From contig CBDCNP010000002.1 of assembly GCA_965219415.1 (NCBI GenBank), positions 5,537,557 to 5,561,556 on the forward strand: a DNA stretch of 24,000 nt. Reading direction: 5' to 3'. This DNA comes from Candidatus Marinacidobacterales bacterium (GTDB lineage Bacteria > Acidobacteriota > Vicinamibacteria > Marinacidobacterales > DATDRI01). This document shows, in pieces, positions 1-9,327 of this stretch (the stretch's first letter is position 1; the number at the start of each line of letters is the position of its first letter). The notes beneath the pieces were generated by a model. That model saw nothing but the letters and a program-made list of their open reading frames with translations, made no database searches and had not been told where the DNA came from. Made by a program: the position numbers and the translations under genes.

Positions 1-842
1 CGAGTGGAGTCGATATGGATTGTAGAACCCCTCGATGTAGCTCGCGACCGCGTCTTTGGCCATACGTCGTGTTGGCCAACTACGTCGGTGGAGGAGTTCG
101 GTCTTGAGTGTGCCGAAGAAGCTCTCGGTCACGGCGTTGTCCCAGCAATCACCCTTGCGGCTCATCGAGCACACGATGCCGTACTCATCGAGCACGGCCT
201 GGTAGGTCGCAGCCGCGTATTGAGTACCACGGTCTGAATGATGCACCAAGCCACTTTCCGGCAGGCGGCGCCCCAAGGCTATGTGAAGCGCCTCGAGAGC
301 AAGCTCCGCGCGCAGGTGGGGCTGCATCGCCCAGCCGACGACACGACGCGAGAACAGATCGAGGATGACCGCCAAGTAGAGCCAGCCTTCCCAAGTCCGG
401 ATGAAGGTTATGTCCGTCACCCAGAACTGGTTCGGTCGTTCGGCTTCGAAGTTCCGACCGAGCACGTTGGGTGCGACAGGACGATCGTGCTTGCTGTCGG
501 TCGTGCGGCGAAAACGCTTGCTGGGCAGGCCCTGCAGACCCATCTCACGCATCAGCCGTGCCACTCGCTGCTTGCCCACCTCGACGTTCTCCCCGTCAAG
601 CTGGCGACGTACACGCTCCCTGCCGTAGGTACCACGGCTATGGGCGTGGATCGCTTGGATGCGCAGCTTCAGCTTCCCATCCTCACACTGTCGCTTGCTG
701 GGCGCGCGCTTCATCTGAGCGTAGTAGCCGCTGGTCGATACCCTCAGGACTCGGCACATCACCCGCACCGGGTAGTTGGCCCGCTCCGCGTGAATGAAAT
801 TGAATCTCATTCGCTTTCTTTCGCGAAGAAGGCCGCCGCCTT
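1..842 (-). CDS. IS3-family transposase orfB (DDE/rve), partial, open to the left edge; not listed in the supplied ORF track
   Basis: Manual minus-strand translation: MRFNFIHAERANYPVRVMCRVLRVSTSGYYAQMKRAPS...RPNQFWVTDITFIRTWEGWLYLAVILDLFSRRVVGWAM...[13 protein letters not shown]...SMSRKGDCWDNAVTESFFGTLKTELLHRRSWPTRRMAKDAVASYIEGFYNPYRLHS. DDE motifs present and no stop seen. The start coordinate is approximate. Confidence 0.85.
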
Positions 843-1103
843 TTTTAATATTTCTCGCTCTTGCTCCAACGTGCGCACTCGACGTCGTAGCGAACCCAGC
901 TCATCACGTTCCGCCGTCGTCAGAGCCTCGCGTGGACCTTCACCGTGATCAACTTTGTATTGTTTCACCCAGTTTCGAAGGGATGATTCCGTCAGGTCCA
1001 GTTCCTTAGCGACCTGGCCGATGCTGCGCTCGCCTTCCCTGAACAACCGGACCGCTTCCTTCTTGAACTCCCCCGTGAACTTCCTGCGTCGTCGTTTTCC
1101 CAT
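807..1103 (-). CDS. IS3-family orfA (HTH), MGKRRRRKFTGEFKKEAVRLFREGERSIGQVAKELDLTESSLRNWVKQ...ILKKAAAFFAKESE
   Basis: Typical orfA helix-turn-helix/leucine-zipper sequence. The ORF track extends it to 1220, but the element end at about 1163 suggests the internal ATG near 1103. It overlaps orfB at an AAAAAAG slippery tract. Confidence 0.85.
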   Translation of the reverse strand: MGKRRRRKFTGEFKKEAVRLFREGERSIGQVAKELDLTESSLRNWVKQYKVDHGEGPREALTTAERDELGSLRRRVRTLEQEREILKKAAAFFAKESE

Positions 1104-1163
1104 GGACGCCTCCAGGCGCATTGTCGCGCCTCGGTTGGTGTCCACAAAACCCGGGCAGGGCCA

Positions 1164-1395
1164 GTCAGCGATCTCATCGATTGCGTCGAAGATTGACTGT
1201 ACGCGGGAAACGCTACGCACGTGGGTGCGTCGAGCAGAGCGTGATGCTGGGAAACGAGCGGGACCGACGACGGACGAGGGTCAGCCGCTGAAGGAGCTTG
1301 AGCGAGAGAACCGTGAGCTAAAGGGGGCGAACGAGATCCTTCTCAAGGCGTCGACGTTTTTCGCCCAGGCGGAGCTCGACCGCCGACCGAGGTGA
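1164..1395 (+). pseudogene. 3' part of an IS3-family orfA (IS3-A), N-terminus removed by the IS3-B insertion
   Basis: SAISSIASKIDCTRETLRTWVRRAERDAGKRAGPTTDEGQPLKELERENRELKGANEILLKASTFFAQAELDRRPR is a standard orfA C-terminal two-thirds. The usual N-terminus is missing exactly where the IS3-B terminus lies. Confidence 0.8.
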
Positions 1396-1428
1396 ATGTG
1401 TTGTTCGTGGACGCGAACCGTGAAAATT

Positions 1429-2812
1429 GGGTTTACGCGGATTCGTGTGGGTAAGTTCTGACAGAAAAACAGTGTAACTCATTGTGTGGAAAAGGTATCG
1501 AGTACTTCATCAGGTGCTGAAAAGTGGTCCATTTTTAGGATAGGCTAACCGAGTGAAAAATTCCCAGTCGATCCGCTCGCTGTTTGCGCTGCCAGGTTTC
1601 GTGGTTGGTGCCGGATTGAAGGGTCTATTCGGTGACCGATACGCCCGTGTCATCCAGCTCAAGAGGCGAAAAAAACAGCTGTGTGCTCTTACTGTGGGCA
1701 ACGGTGCCGGGGGCGCTATGACAAGCAAGTGTGCCGGGTCCGCGACCTGTCGTTGGCAGGCTGGCGGATCTATCTGGAATACGAGCGTTGGCGCGTCAAC
1801 TGTTCTGGGTGCGGCGGTGTGCATGTAGAACACCTAGACTGGCTGGCGAACAACTCGCGCTACACCCAGCGTTTTGCGACGCATGTGGGCAAGCTGTGCC
1901 GGGATATGTCGAACAAGGCGGTGGCCGAGATGGAACGTCTGCACCACGGTACGGTGAAGGCTCTGGATACGCTCTACATGCAAGAGCAGGTCGACCGGGC
2001 GGGGCTACCGGCGCCTCGGGCCATCGGTGTCGATGAGATCTCCATCCGCAAGGGACATAACTATCGCGTCATTGTCAGCGACCTGGAGCGGGCGCGTCCC
2101 ATCTGGGTGGGCGGTGAGGGTCGCAAAGAAACCGACATCGATTTGTTCTTCAAGGCGCTGGGCGGAAAGAAAAGCGCCCGTATCAAGCTGGCCGCCATGG
2201 ATATGTGGAAGCCCTTCCGGAACTCGGTGATTCACAACGCGCCTAATGCGCGGATCATCTTCGACAAGTTTCATATCATGCGTCATCTGTCAAAGGCCCT
2301 CGATGAGGTCCGGCGCGGTGAGTACAAACGCCTCAGCGGCAAGGACCGGTCGTACATCAAGGGGCAGCGTTACACTTTGCTTTCCCGGCGGGAGAACCTG
2401 AGCCTAGACGGTCGCCGCGCACTCAAAAAGTTGCTCCAGGCCAACCGGCGCCTGAACACCGCCTATATTTTGAAGGAGGCCTTCGGGCAACTCTGGGATT
2501 ACCGCACCGAACGCGGCGCTCGCGCCTTTTTCACCCGTTGGAAAGACAGCCTCAAATGGCAACGCCTGCATCCGTACCAGAAGTTCGCCGGTATGATTGA
2601 GTCCCATTGGGATGGTATCGCCTCCTACTGTCATCCGGAGAACAAAGTCAGTCTCGGCCTAGTTGAAGGGGTCAACAACAAAATCCGTGTTCTGCAACGA
2701 CGCGCCTACGGCTATCGCGACGAGGAATATCTCAAGCTGAAGATCGTGGCGGCTTTCCTTCCGCTATTACCCAGAAATGCAGTTTTCAACCCACACGAAT
2801 CCGCGTAGACCC
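1429..2812 (+). mobile_element. ISL3-family insertion sequence inserted in IS3-A
   Basis: TIR GGGT(T/C)TACGCGGATTCGTGTGGGT at both ends (left 1429-1450, right reverse complement ending 2812). Exact 8-bp target duplication TGAAAATT at 1421-1428 and 2813-2820. Confidence 0.93.
1681..2808 (+). CDS. ISL3-family transposase, main ORF; N-terminal part lies in another frame (see findings)
   Basis: GVDEISIRKGHNYRVIVSDLERARPIW...FDKFHIMRHLSKALDEVRR...GLVEGVNNKIRVLQRRAYGYRDEEYLKLKI is characteristic of ISL3-family (DDE_Tnp_ISL3) transposases. Confidence 0.9.
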   Translation: MCSYCGQRCRGRYDKQVCRVRDLSLAGWRIYLEYERWRVNCSGCGGVHVEHLDWLANNSRYTQRFATHVGKLCRDMSNKAVAEMERLHHGTVKALDTLYMQEQVDRAGLPAPRAIGVDEISIRKGHNYRVIVSDLERARPIWVGGEGRKETDIDLFFKALGGKKSARIKLAAMDMWKPFRNSVIHNAPNARIIFDKFHIMRHLSKALDEVRRGEYKRLSGKDRSYIKGQRYTLLSRRENLSLDGRRALKKLLQANRRLNTAYILKEAFGQLWDYRTERGARAFFTRWKDSLKWQRLHPYQKFAGMIESHWDGIASYCHPENKVSLGLVEGVNNKIRVLQRRAYGYRDEEYLKLKIVAAFLPLLPRNAVFNPHESA

Positions 2813-3664
<852 letters not shown>

Positions 3665-3666
3665 AC

Positions 3667-3851
3667 AAGCCACTGTCATATTCTACAAACTGGATAAAAA
3701 TGGACGTGTATGCGACTTGGTGCTCCCCTCCAATCCTCACTTTAGTAGCGAAATGCTGAAAGCACCCGATGTTCTGCGGAGAATTCAGAAGGCGCTATTG
3801 GCGGCGGGTCATCCAGTAGACGAGTTTGGGTATCCGCGTCCGACTGCATAG
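3667..3851 (+). pseudogene. 3' end of an unidentified gene
   Basis: Open frame ATVIFYKLDKNGRVCDLVLPSNPHFSSEMLKAPDVLRRIQKALLAAGHPVDEFGYPRPTA*. No start codon context; directly abuts the IS3-A orfB end upstream and a 166-bp repeat downstream. Not in the ORF track. Confidence 0.4.
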
Positions 3852-3854
3852 AGT

Positions 3855-4020
3855 GGTGCTTGCGCTATTTACTATTGGTGATGTGTGCGCATCCCTTTGT
3901 AAAAGAGGCGCTTACGCTCCATTTAGCGCGCAGCGAAGGTCACGAGCGCTATTTTGGCTGTAATTTAATGCACCGTAAAGTCTTAGCGTCATCTCACCAA
4001 CACTTAATGGCGGAAGCACC
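3855..4020 (-). repeat. 166-bp MITE-like repeat R1, copy 1
   Basis: Near-identical to the reverse complement of 22919-23084. Imperfect TIRs GGTGCTTCCG..ATTAAGTGTTGGTGAGATG / GGTGCTTGCG..GTTTACTGTTGGTGATGTG. No ORF common to copies. Confidence 0.75.
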
Positions 4021-4040
4021 CGTTGATGGCCTGTTTTGTT

Positions 4041-5012
4041 CTACCCTTGATGGTTGCGCTCTCCGTGATAATGATGGATGAACTCAGCGACGGCACGGCG
4101 CAGCGATTGCTCACTGAAGAAGATCATCCGATCCAGGCACTCGCTCTTGATCGACAAAACAAACCTTTCGACGTAAGCGTTCAGATTCTGCGAACGGTGC
4201 GGCAGCCGCAAGACGTCAGTTCCGGCGTGCTCGAGCAAGTCGCGAAACTCTGTGGTGAACTTCTTGTCGCGGTCCAGGATGAGCAATCGCTTGCCGCGCA
4301 GAAAGCCGTCGAGCGGGTCGGTGAGATTCCGACCGACCTGCATCATGAACGCGTCGTCCGGCCCAGGAGTGATTCCAGCAATGTGCACTTTTCGCGAAGA
4401 GAGTTCGATGACAACGAGCACATAGTAGGTCACGAGCCTGCGAACCGTGGCGACCTCGACGGTGAAGAAGTCAGTCGCAGCGACGGTTTCCCAATGGGCG
4501 GCGAGAAACGTGCGCCATGGCGTCCGCTCACCTCTCTCCGGCGCAGGCTCGATGCCATGCTCTCGCAGAATATTGGCGATGGTGCTCCTAGCTAGGGTAT
4601 GGCCGAGATTCGAGAGGGCACCGCGAATTCGTGTATACCCCCACCTCGGATTCGACTTCGCCATCCCCACAACGAGCTCGCTAATCTCGGCCATGACCTG
4701 AGGCCGTCCGAGCTGTTTCCGCCGCGCGGTGTAGTCCCACCTCCGCGCAATGAGCCTTCGGTGCCAAGCCAGCAGGGTTTCCGGTGTGACGATACCGGCG
4801 ACTTCTGACAAGAGTTTCCGGCCAAGGGCCTTACCCTTTACCGCGAGACGACGTCGCTCGTCGTCCGTGAGGCGAAGCTTCCTCCCGCGAAGCCGAGCTT
4901 TGAGGACTCTGTTTTCCTCGAGCAAGTAGACGATAGCAGCCTGTTGGTCACGCTGGACCCAACCAGCGATGGCGACCACCAACAACGTCAAGGGCTGGAT
5001 CGGCGTCCTCAT
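4041..5012 (-). pseudogene. Integrase-core (rve/DDE) transposase, C-terminus truncated at the repeat side
   Basis: [79 protein letters not shown]...[48 protein letters not shown] then a stop. Homologous to 12814-13959, which continues ...GNELLTPLP. Confidence 0.82.
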
Positions 5013-5028
5013 GACCGAGGATTCTGGG

Positions 5029-5095
5029 AAGCCAGCCCTGCAGCGCGATATACCCTGGATTCTGCAAGGATTCCAGAGCGTCTAGGGCTGGGGGC
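5029..5095. repeat. Fragment of a dispersed repeat shared with 17510-17570 and 20500-20560
   Basis: GGCTGGCTTCC...CGAAATACCC(T/C)GGATTCT(G/T)CG.GGATTCCAAGGGCGTCTA-like sequence recurs at all three loci (translated NPGY..QGWLP on one strand). Confidence 0.6.
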
Positions 5096-5277
5096 GCTAT
5101 CTCTTCAGTGTCAACTTCTGCTTCTTCTTCGCCCTCGCCTTGGCCCTCTGTCTTGGCCAAGATCCGGCGAGCGGCCGCATTGGTCTCCTCTGTCTATCCG
5201 GTCTCGGCTGGAAACCATTAAAAACAGAGAATTAACAGAGATTATGGACACAAACTGACCCCCGAGCGCCAAAAACC

Positions 5278-5436
5278 ATAGACCGGATATTCGAGAACAG
5301 TCGTACGAGCGAGCCTCTCCACGTTTCTAAGATGCCGGTGGTGTCATCGGGTTGACCAGCACGAAGCAACCGAGCATGACAACTCTAAACCGCTAAATCA
5401 ACGCCGGATCGACTTTTTGCGGAGCACAACCATTAC
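5278..5436 (-). repeat. Dispersed repeat family R2, long-form copy
   Basis: Reverse complement GTGCTCCGCAAAAAGTCGATCCGGCGTTGATTTAGCGGTTTAGAG..GTCATGCTCGGTTGCTTCGTGCTGGTC...ACACCACCGGC..CTTAG.AACGTGGAGAGGCTCGC...CGACTGTTCTCGAATATCCGG matches 22641-22795. Confidence 0.7.
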
Positions 5437-5459
5437 AGCGACCAAGCACACTGGGGACG

Positions 5460-6443
5460 CTATTGTCTCCAATCGTCGGCGTCCAGTTCCTTAACACGTC
5501 GAGCAAAGACACCGTGAAACTCTTTCAGCCGTTTGGCGAGCCATTCATGTTGCTGTGGCCAGTCCGAGCAGTCCTCCAGGTTCACGTTATCTTGGTAATA
5601 CGCTATCCGGCTGTCTTGGCGAGCCGGTAACTCTTCCCATCCCAAGGAGTACTGTAGCTCTTGCTCAATTGCGTCTTTCTGCTCTCTCAGAAGGCCGAAA
5701 AACGCCTTCGCGTTGTCTCCTCGGAGATACAATTCCACCCGGATTCGGTTTTTCGGAAGTATCATGACCGTAGCCAAAATAAAGCCGGTGCGTCCTATGG
5801 GGAATGTCAACCATGCTCGCGTTGCCGGCTTGCGGTTTTTATCGAAAGGCCAGCTGTCCATGCCGAGAACTTGGTTCAAAAAAGCGGTCCAGTAGGCTTT
5901 CTGCTTTTTCCTCGTTTCCGATAGGTCGGTATCATCATCGATCACCCGAGCGGCCTTCGCGACTGACAGCGACCAGTCATTCAGCTTTGATACGACATTA
6001 AACTTTGGTGCCGCAAGGGAATTTCCGATGCGCCACAGTTCAACCTCCAACCCGAAAAACCGGAAACTCTCATCCGTGATCTTGTTCAGCCAGTCGAGAG
6101 TGGCACGGTGTTCATCCGTGAAAGACGCAGCGATCCAAACAATGGTGACGGCTTGAAGGCCCGCCGCGTAGGTCAGTAATTGGCCAAGATGGTTGTGGTT
6201 GGTCCGCTCTAATTGGTTCTCGACTAGCACCCAAGCGTTAGTCCCGTCCCTGCAAATGATGTCGGCACGAAAGGGACCTACCGGCTTCTCCGCCGCCTCC
6301 AACTCCAAGTCCACCCCAAGCGTCTCCGCCAACACTTCAAGGTTTTCGGGACGGGCGAGCCAAGGGGTGAAGTCACCCGCCTCGGTGGTCCAGACGGTTC
6401 GAAGATCGACGCGCTCCAAGCGTCCGACCGGCTGATCATTCAT
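5460..6443 (-). CDS. DUF4268-type protein with an N-terminal PD-(D/E)XK-nuclease-like region
   Basis: MNDQPVGRLERVDLRTVWTTEAGDFTPWLARPENLEVLAETLGVDLELEAAEKPVGPFRADIICRDGTNAWVLVENQLERTNHNHLGQLLTYAAGL...WIAASFTDEHRATLDWLN...EELQYSLGWEELPARQDSRIAYY. Start chosen at the internal ATG matching the family N-terminus. Confidence 0.8.
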   Translation of the reverse strand: MNDQPVGRLERVDLRTVWTTEAGDFTPWLARPENLEVLAETLGVDLELEAAEKPVGPFRADIICRDGTNAWVLVENQLERTNHNHLGQLLTYAAGLQAVTIVWIAASFTDEHRATLDWLNKITDESFRFFGLEVELWRIGNSLAAPKFNVVSKLNDWSLSVAKAARVIDDDTDLSETRKKQKAYWTAFLNQVLGMDSWPFDKNRKPATRAWLTFPIGRTGFILATVMILPKNRIRVELYLRGDNAKAFFGLLREQKDAIEQELQYSLGWEELPARQDSRIAYYQDNVNLEDCSDWPQQHEWLAKRLKEFHGVFARRVKELDADDWRQ

Positions 6444-6553
6444 TCCGTTAGCCCTCCAGGATTCTGATCGTTGCTGATCAGTTGATCGACGTATGATACC
6501 AGTCCTTGTAAACGTGTCGGCAGTCCGGACAGGTAACTGACCTGATCCCACGG

Positions 6554-6620
6554 TTAGTACCTCGACGCGCTGCTTGAGTCCGACCCGCTCGGAACGGCTG
6601 CGGGACTTCGCACCAGGTTA
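6554..6620 (-). repeat. 3' terminal remnant of an integrase-core IS
   Basis: CTGGTGCGAAGTCC.GCAGCCGTTCCGAGC.G.TCGGACTCAAGCAGCGCGTCGAG (reverse strand) matches 20809-20860, which covers the last codons and 3' flank of an integrase-core transposase remnant. Confidence 0.6.
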
Positions 6621-6731
6621 CGCGACGCGGTTCGGGAGCAATCGGGCAGGCGACGGCTCGATTGACGCCCACCTGATCACCTTGCAGCCTTACGTCTACC
6701 TCTCGCGTGTCACGGATTCGAGCATGCGCGG

Positions 6732-7007
6732 TTAGCGCACCACCCGCTTGGCGATCTCGGCACCACGCTCCCGTTCGACCAGCGCGATGTCATACTGACT
6801 CTGGAGATCAAGCCAGAACTGCGGGTTGTTGCCGAAATAGCAGCCCAGGCGAACCGCCGTGTCGGCGGTGATCGAGCGCCGACCGTTCAGGATGTCTGTG
6901 ATGCGGCCTGAGGGAACGCCTATGTTGAGGGCCAGCCTGTTGGCGCTCAGGTTGCGTGCGGTAAGCTCGCGTTTCAGAAACCGGCCTGGATGCGAAGTTG
7001 GGTGCAT
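6732..7007 (-). CDS. higA: HigA-family antitoxin (XRE-type HTH)
   Basis: MHPTSHPGRFLKRELTARNLSANRLALNIGVPSGRITDILNGRRSITADTAVRLGCYFGNNPQFWLDLQSQYDIALVERERGAEIAKRV: classic HigA. Immediately follows the higB-like gene. Confidence 0.93.
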   Translation of the reverse strand: MHPTSHPGRFLKRELTARNLSANRLALNIGVPSGRITDILNGRRSITADTAVRLGCYFGNNPQFWLDLQSQYDIALVERERGAEIAKRVVR

Positions 7008-7011
7008 AGTC

Positions 7012-7299
7012 TTATCCCCTGTGGTAATCAATGATTTCCACGTTGTGAGCGTTGCCTTTGCGAAACTCGAAACAGATCCGCCAGGGTCCGTTCACGGTCA
7101 TCGCCCATTGGCGCTTGCGCTCCCCTTTGAGCTTGTGCAACCCGACACTCTTGAGGGGGCTCAGGTCCTGAAGCGTCTTGGCAACGTTCAGGGCCAGTAA
7201 CAGATCGACGGCGGCAGCGAAGTCTAAACCGCGGAAACGGTTCGGACGCTCGCCATTCCAGATTTTTTGGCTCGCCACGTTGCCCCATGAGTAGATCAA
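7012..7299 (-). CDS. higB: HigB/RelE-family toxin
   Basis: QKIWNGERPNRFRGLDFAAAVDLLLALNVAKTLQDLSPLKSVGLHKLKGERKRQWAMTVNGPWRICFEFRKGNAHNVEIIDYHRG. The stop at 7012 is 4 bp from the HigA start (toxin-first order). Confidence 0.92.
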   Translation of the reverse strand: MIYSWGNVASQKIWNGERPNRFRGLDFAAAVDLLLALNVAKTLQDLSPLKSVGLHKLKGERKRQWAMTVNGPWRICFEFRKGNAHNVEIIDYHRG

Positions 7300-7495
7300 G
7301 TCAAAAATATACTACGCGGCACGGTTAAAGTGAAACAACGCCGACATCCGCTTTGTATGCGGGCGCTTGCAGGTGGATCAAGGAGGTGACCTGACGTTGA
7401 TCCGCATAAAGGAGATCGCGCATTTGACGGGCAGACAGCTGCCTTGGTGGCACAACTCCGATAGAGGCCGAGAGCCCGCTTGGCCCCGACTCCCA

Positions 7496-7925
7496 TCATC
7501 CGATCATCTCGCTATCAGGCATCCCGAGCGCCGTCATGGTGTTGAGAATCTTGCACCCGATCCTTGCCTCACCTCTCTGTGCCGCCAACCCTCTCGCTCG
7601 CATCGCTGAGCCCACGATAGCCTTGTAGCGATGGAACGTTGTCTCGACTTTGCTCCGTTTGCTGTAGCCCGATTCTGTGTGCCACTTTCGTTTGCCGAGC
7701 CGAGCTTGTGCTGCAATGTTGCGATTGCGCTGTCGGCTGCTCGCCGGCCCCGATGCGAGCAGGGCGCCCTTGCGCGGCGGTATCAGCACCCTCGGCGAGC
7801 GATGAGCGCTGTGATTCTCGATTGCCTCATAGACGCCGCCGGCGTCGTATGCGGTGTCAGCTCTGGCCGATGAGATGGGACTGTCGATCTGTCCGACAAG
7901 CGATGCAACCCGCGATGAATCGCGG
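7496..7925 (-). pseudogene. C-terminal part of the IS5-like transposase
   Basis: RDSSRVASLVGQIDSPISSARADTAYDAGGVYEAIENHSAHRSPRVLIPPRKGALL...HTESGYSKRSKVETTFHRYKAIVGSAMRARGLAAQRGEARIGCKILNTMTALGMPDSEMIG*. Confidence 0.85.
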
Positions 7926-7927
7926 GC

Positions 7928-9327
7928 GAGTTATAACCAGAAGTTGTGGATCGCCTGAATGAGAAAGGCGGCGTATCCTTCCATGTAAGACAAAGGCCAA
8001 ACCGGTTTTAGCGAACCGGAGGAAGGAAACGCCACCGATGCTGAGGATACAAGATCCACCGAAGGAAACGAAACATGAGGAAGTCGGGACTGCGCTCGAT
8101 GAGCTGGCTCGTGAGGGGGCGCGTCGAATGTTGATGACGGCGCTGGAGGAGGAAGTCGGAGACTACATCGAAAGCCACTCTCCGGAACGAGACGAGAACG
8201 GACACGCGAGCGTAGTCCGCAACGGTCGAGCTCGAGCCCGCAAAGTGACGATGGGCTGCGGAACGATGGAAGTCGAGGCGCCGCGAGTCAACGACAAGCG
8301 GGTGATCGATGGAGAACGTCAGCGCTTCACGAGCAGCATCTTACCTCCGTATATGCGTCGCTCCCCGAAGGTGAGTGAGGTTTTGCCGTTGCTGTACTTG
8401 CGCGGATTGTCGACGAACGATTTCGGGCCTGCGCTGAAGGAGCTGCTGGGCGAGGAGGCTTCGGGGCTTTCGTCGACGGCGATCACGAGGCTGACGGCGA
8501 AATGGCAGTCGGAGTACGAAGAGTTTCGGAAACGAGACTTGAGCCGCGAGGATTACGCGTACATCTGGGTCGACGGCGTTCACTTCAATGTTCGTCTCGA
8601 AGACGACAGGCTTTGCACCCTTGTCGTTCTTGGTGTTCGGGCGGATGGGACGAAGGAGCTGCTCGCGGTGGAGGACGGTTATCGAGAGAGCGAGGAGAGC
8701 TGGGCGTACGTGCTGAGGGAACTAGATCGCCGCGGGATGAAACCTCCTCTTCTCGCCATCGGAGACGGCGCCTTGGGATTCTGGGCTGCGGTTCGAAACG
8801 TATGGCCGGAAACCCGTCACCAGTTGTGCTGCGTTCACAAGACAAAAAACGTCCTCGACAAGCTACCGAGGCGTCTTCATGGCCGTGTGAAGAGCGCCCT
8901 GAACGAGATCGTCAAGGCTGAGACCAGGGAGCAGGCGGAAGAAGCTCTTGAGCGGTTCGAATCGGACTACGGGGCCAAGTACCCCAAGGCTGTCGCATCC
9001 CTGACCAAGCACCAGGACAAACTCCTGACGTTCTACGATTTCCCCGCCGAGCACTGGGAGCACATCCGAACCGCCAACCCCATCGAGTCGGCGTTCGCCA
9101 CGGTGCGACTCCGGCAGAGAGTTACCAAGGGAGCAGGCTCCCGTTCGAAAACCCTCCTCATGGCCTACAAGTTACTCGACATGGCGAGCCAACGATGGCG
9201 CCGGGTGAACGCCCCCGCACTTGTCGCTCGGATACTTGAGGGAGAGAAGTTCGTCGACGGATTAAACGAAGAAGCGAGGAACGCCGCTTGACTCAGAAAG
9301 TTGATCCACAACTCTTGACAATATCTC
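7928..9327 (+). mobile_element. Complete IS256-family insertion sequence
   Basis: Ends GAGTTATAACCAGA-AGTTGTGGATCGCCTGAATGAG (left) and, reverse complement, GAGATATTGTCAAGAGTTGTGGATCAACTTTCTGAG (right). Exact 9-bp TSD ATCGCGGGC at 7919-7927 and 9328-9336. Removing it rejoins the IS5 transposase in frame. Confidence 0.93.
8038..9291 (+). CDS. IS256-family (Mutator-like) transposase, intact
   Basis: 417 aa: RNGRARARKVTMGCGTMEVEAPRVNDKR...LPPYMRRSPKVSEVLPLLYLRGLSTNDF...YAYIWVDGVHFNVRLED...LLAVEDGYRESEESWAYVLRELDRRGM...AIGDGALGFWAAVRNVWPETRHQLCCVHKTKNVL...WEHIRTANPIESAFATVRLRQRVTKG. Confidence 0.96.
   Translation: MLRIQDPPKETKHEEVGTALDELAREGARRMLMTALEEEVGDYIESHSPERDENGHASVVRNGRARARKVTMGCGTMEVEAPRVNDKRVIDGERQRFTSSILPPYMRRSPKVSEVLPLLYLRGLSTNDFGPALKELLGEEASGLSSTAITRLTAKWQSEYEEFRKRDLSREDYAYIWVDGVHFNVRLEDDRLCTLVVLGVRADGTKELLAVEDGYRESEESWAYVLRELDRRGMKPPLLAIGDGALGFWAAVRNVWPETRHQLCCVHKTKNVLDKLPRRLHGRVKSALNEIVKAETREQAEEALERFESDYGAKYPKAVASLTKHQDKLLTFYDFPAEHWEHIRTANPIESAFATVRLRQRVTKGAGSRSKTLLMAYKLLDMASQRWRRVNAPALVARILEGEKFVDGLNEEARNAA

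Larger units (their letters stand above)
1..1163 (-). mobile_element. IS3-family insertion sequence (IS3-B), truncated by left window edge
   Basis: OrfA and orfB on the minus strand with an A6G slippery run between them. The right end reads TGGCCCTGCCCGGGTTTTGTGGACACC on the minus strand, an IS3-like terminus. It interrupts the orfA of a second IS3 element that resumes at about 1164. Confidence 0.85.

Noticed and set aside
238-948. 236-aa plus-strand ORF
   Set aside because: Antisense shadow of the minus-strand IS3 orfB, which has clear DDE motifs.
4023-4595. 190-aa plus-strand ORF
   Set aside because: Antisense of the integrase-core transposase.
7340-7375. gacatccgctttgtatgcgggcgc left of the IS5-like element, vaguely like the CRISPR repeat
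   Set aside because: Too many mismatches and no phase with a 61-bp period. Not accepted as the missing left half of the array.
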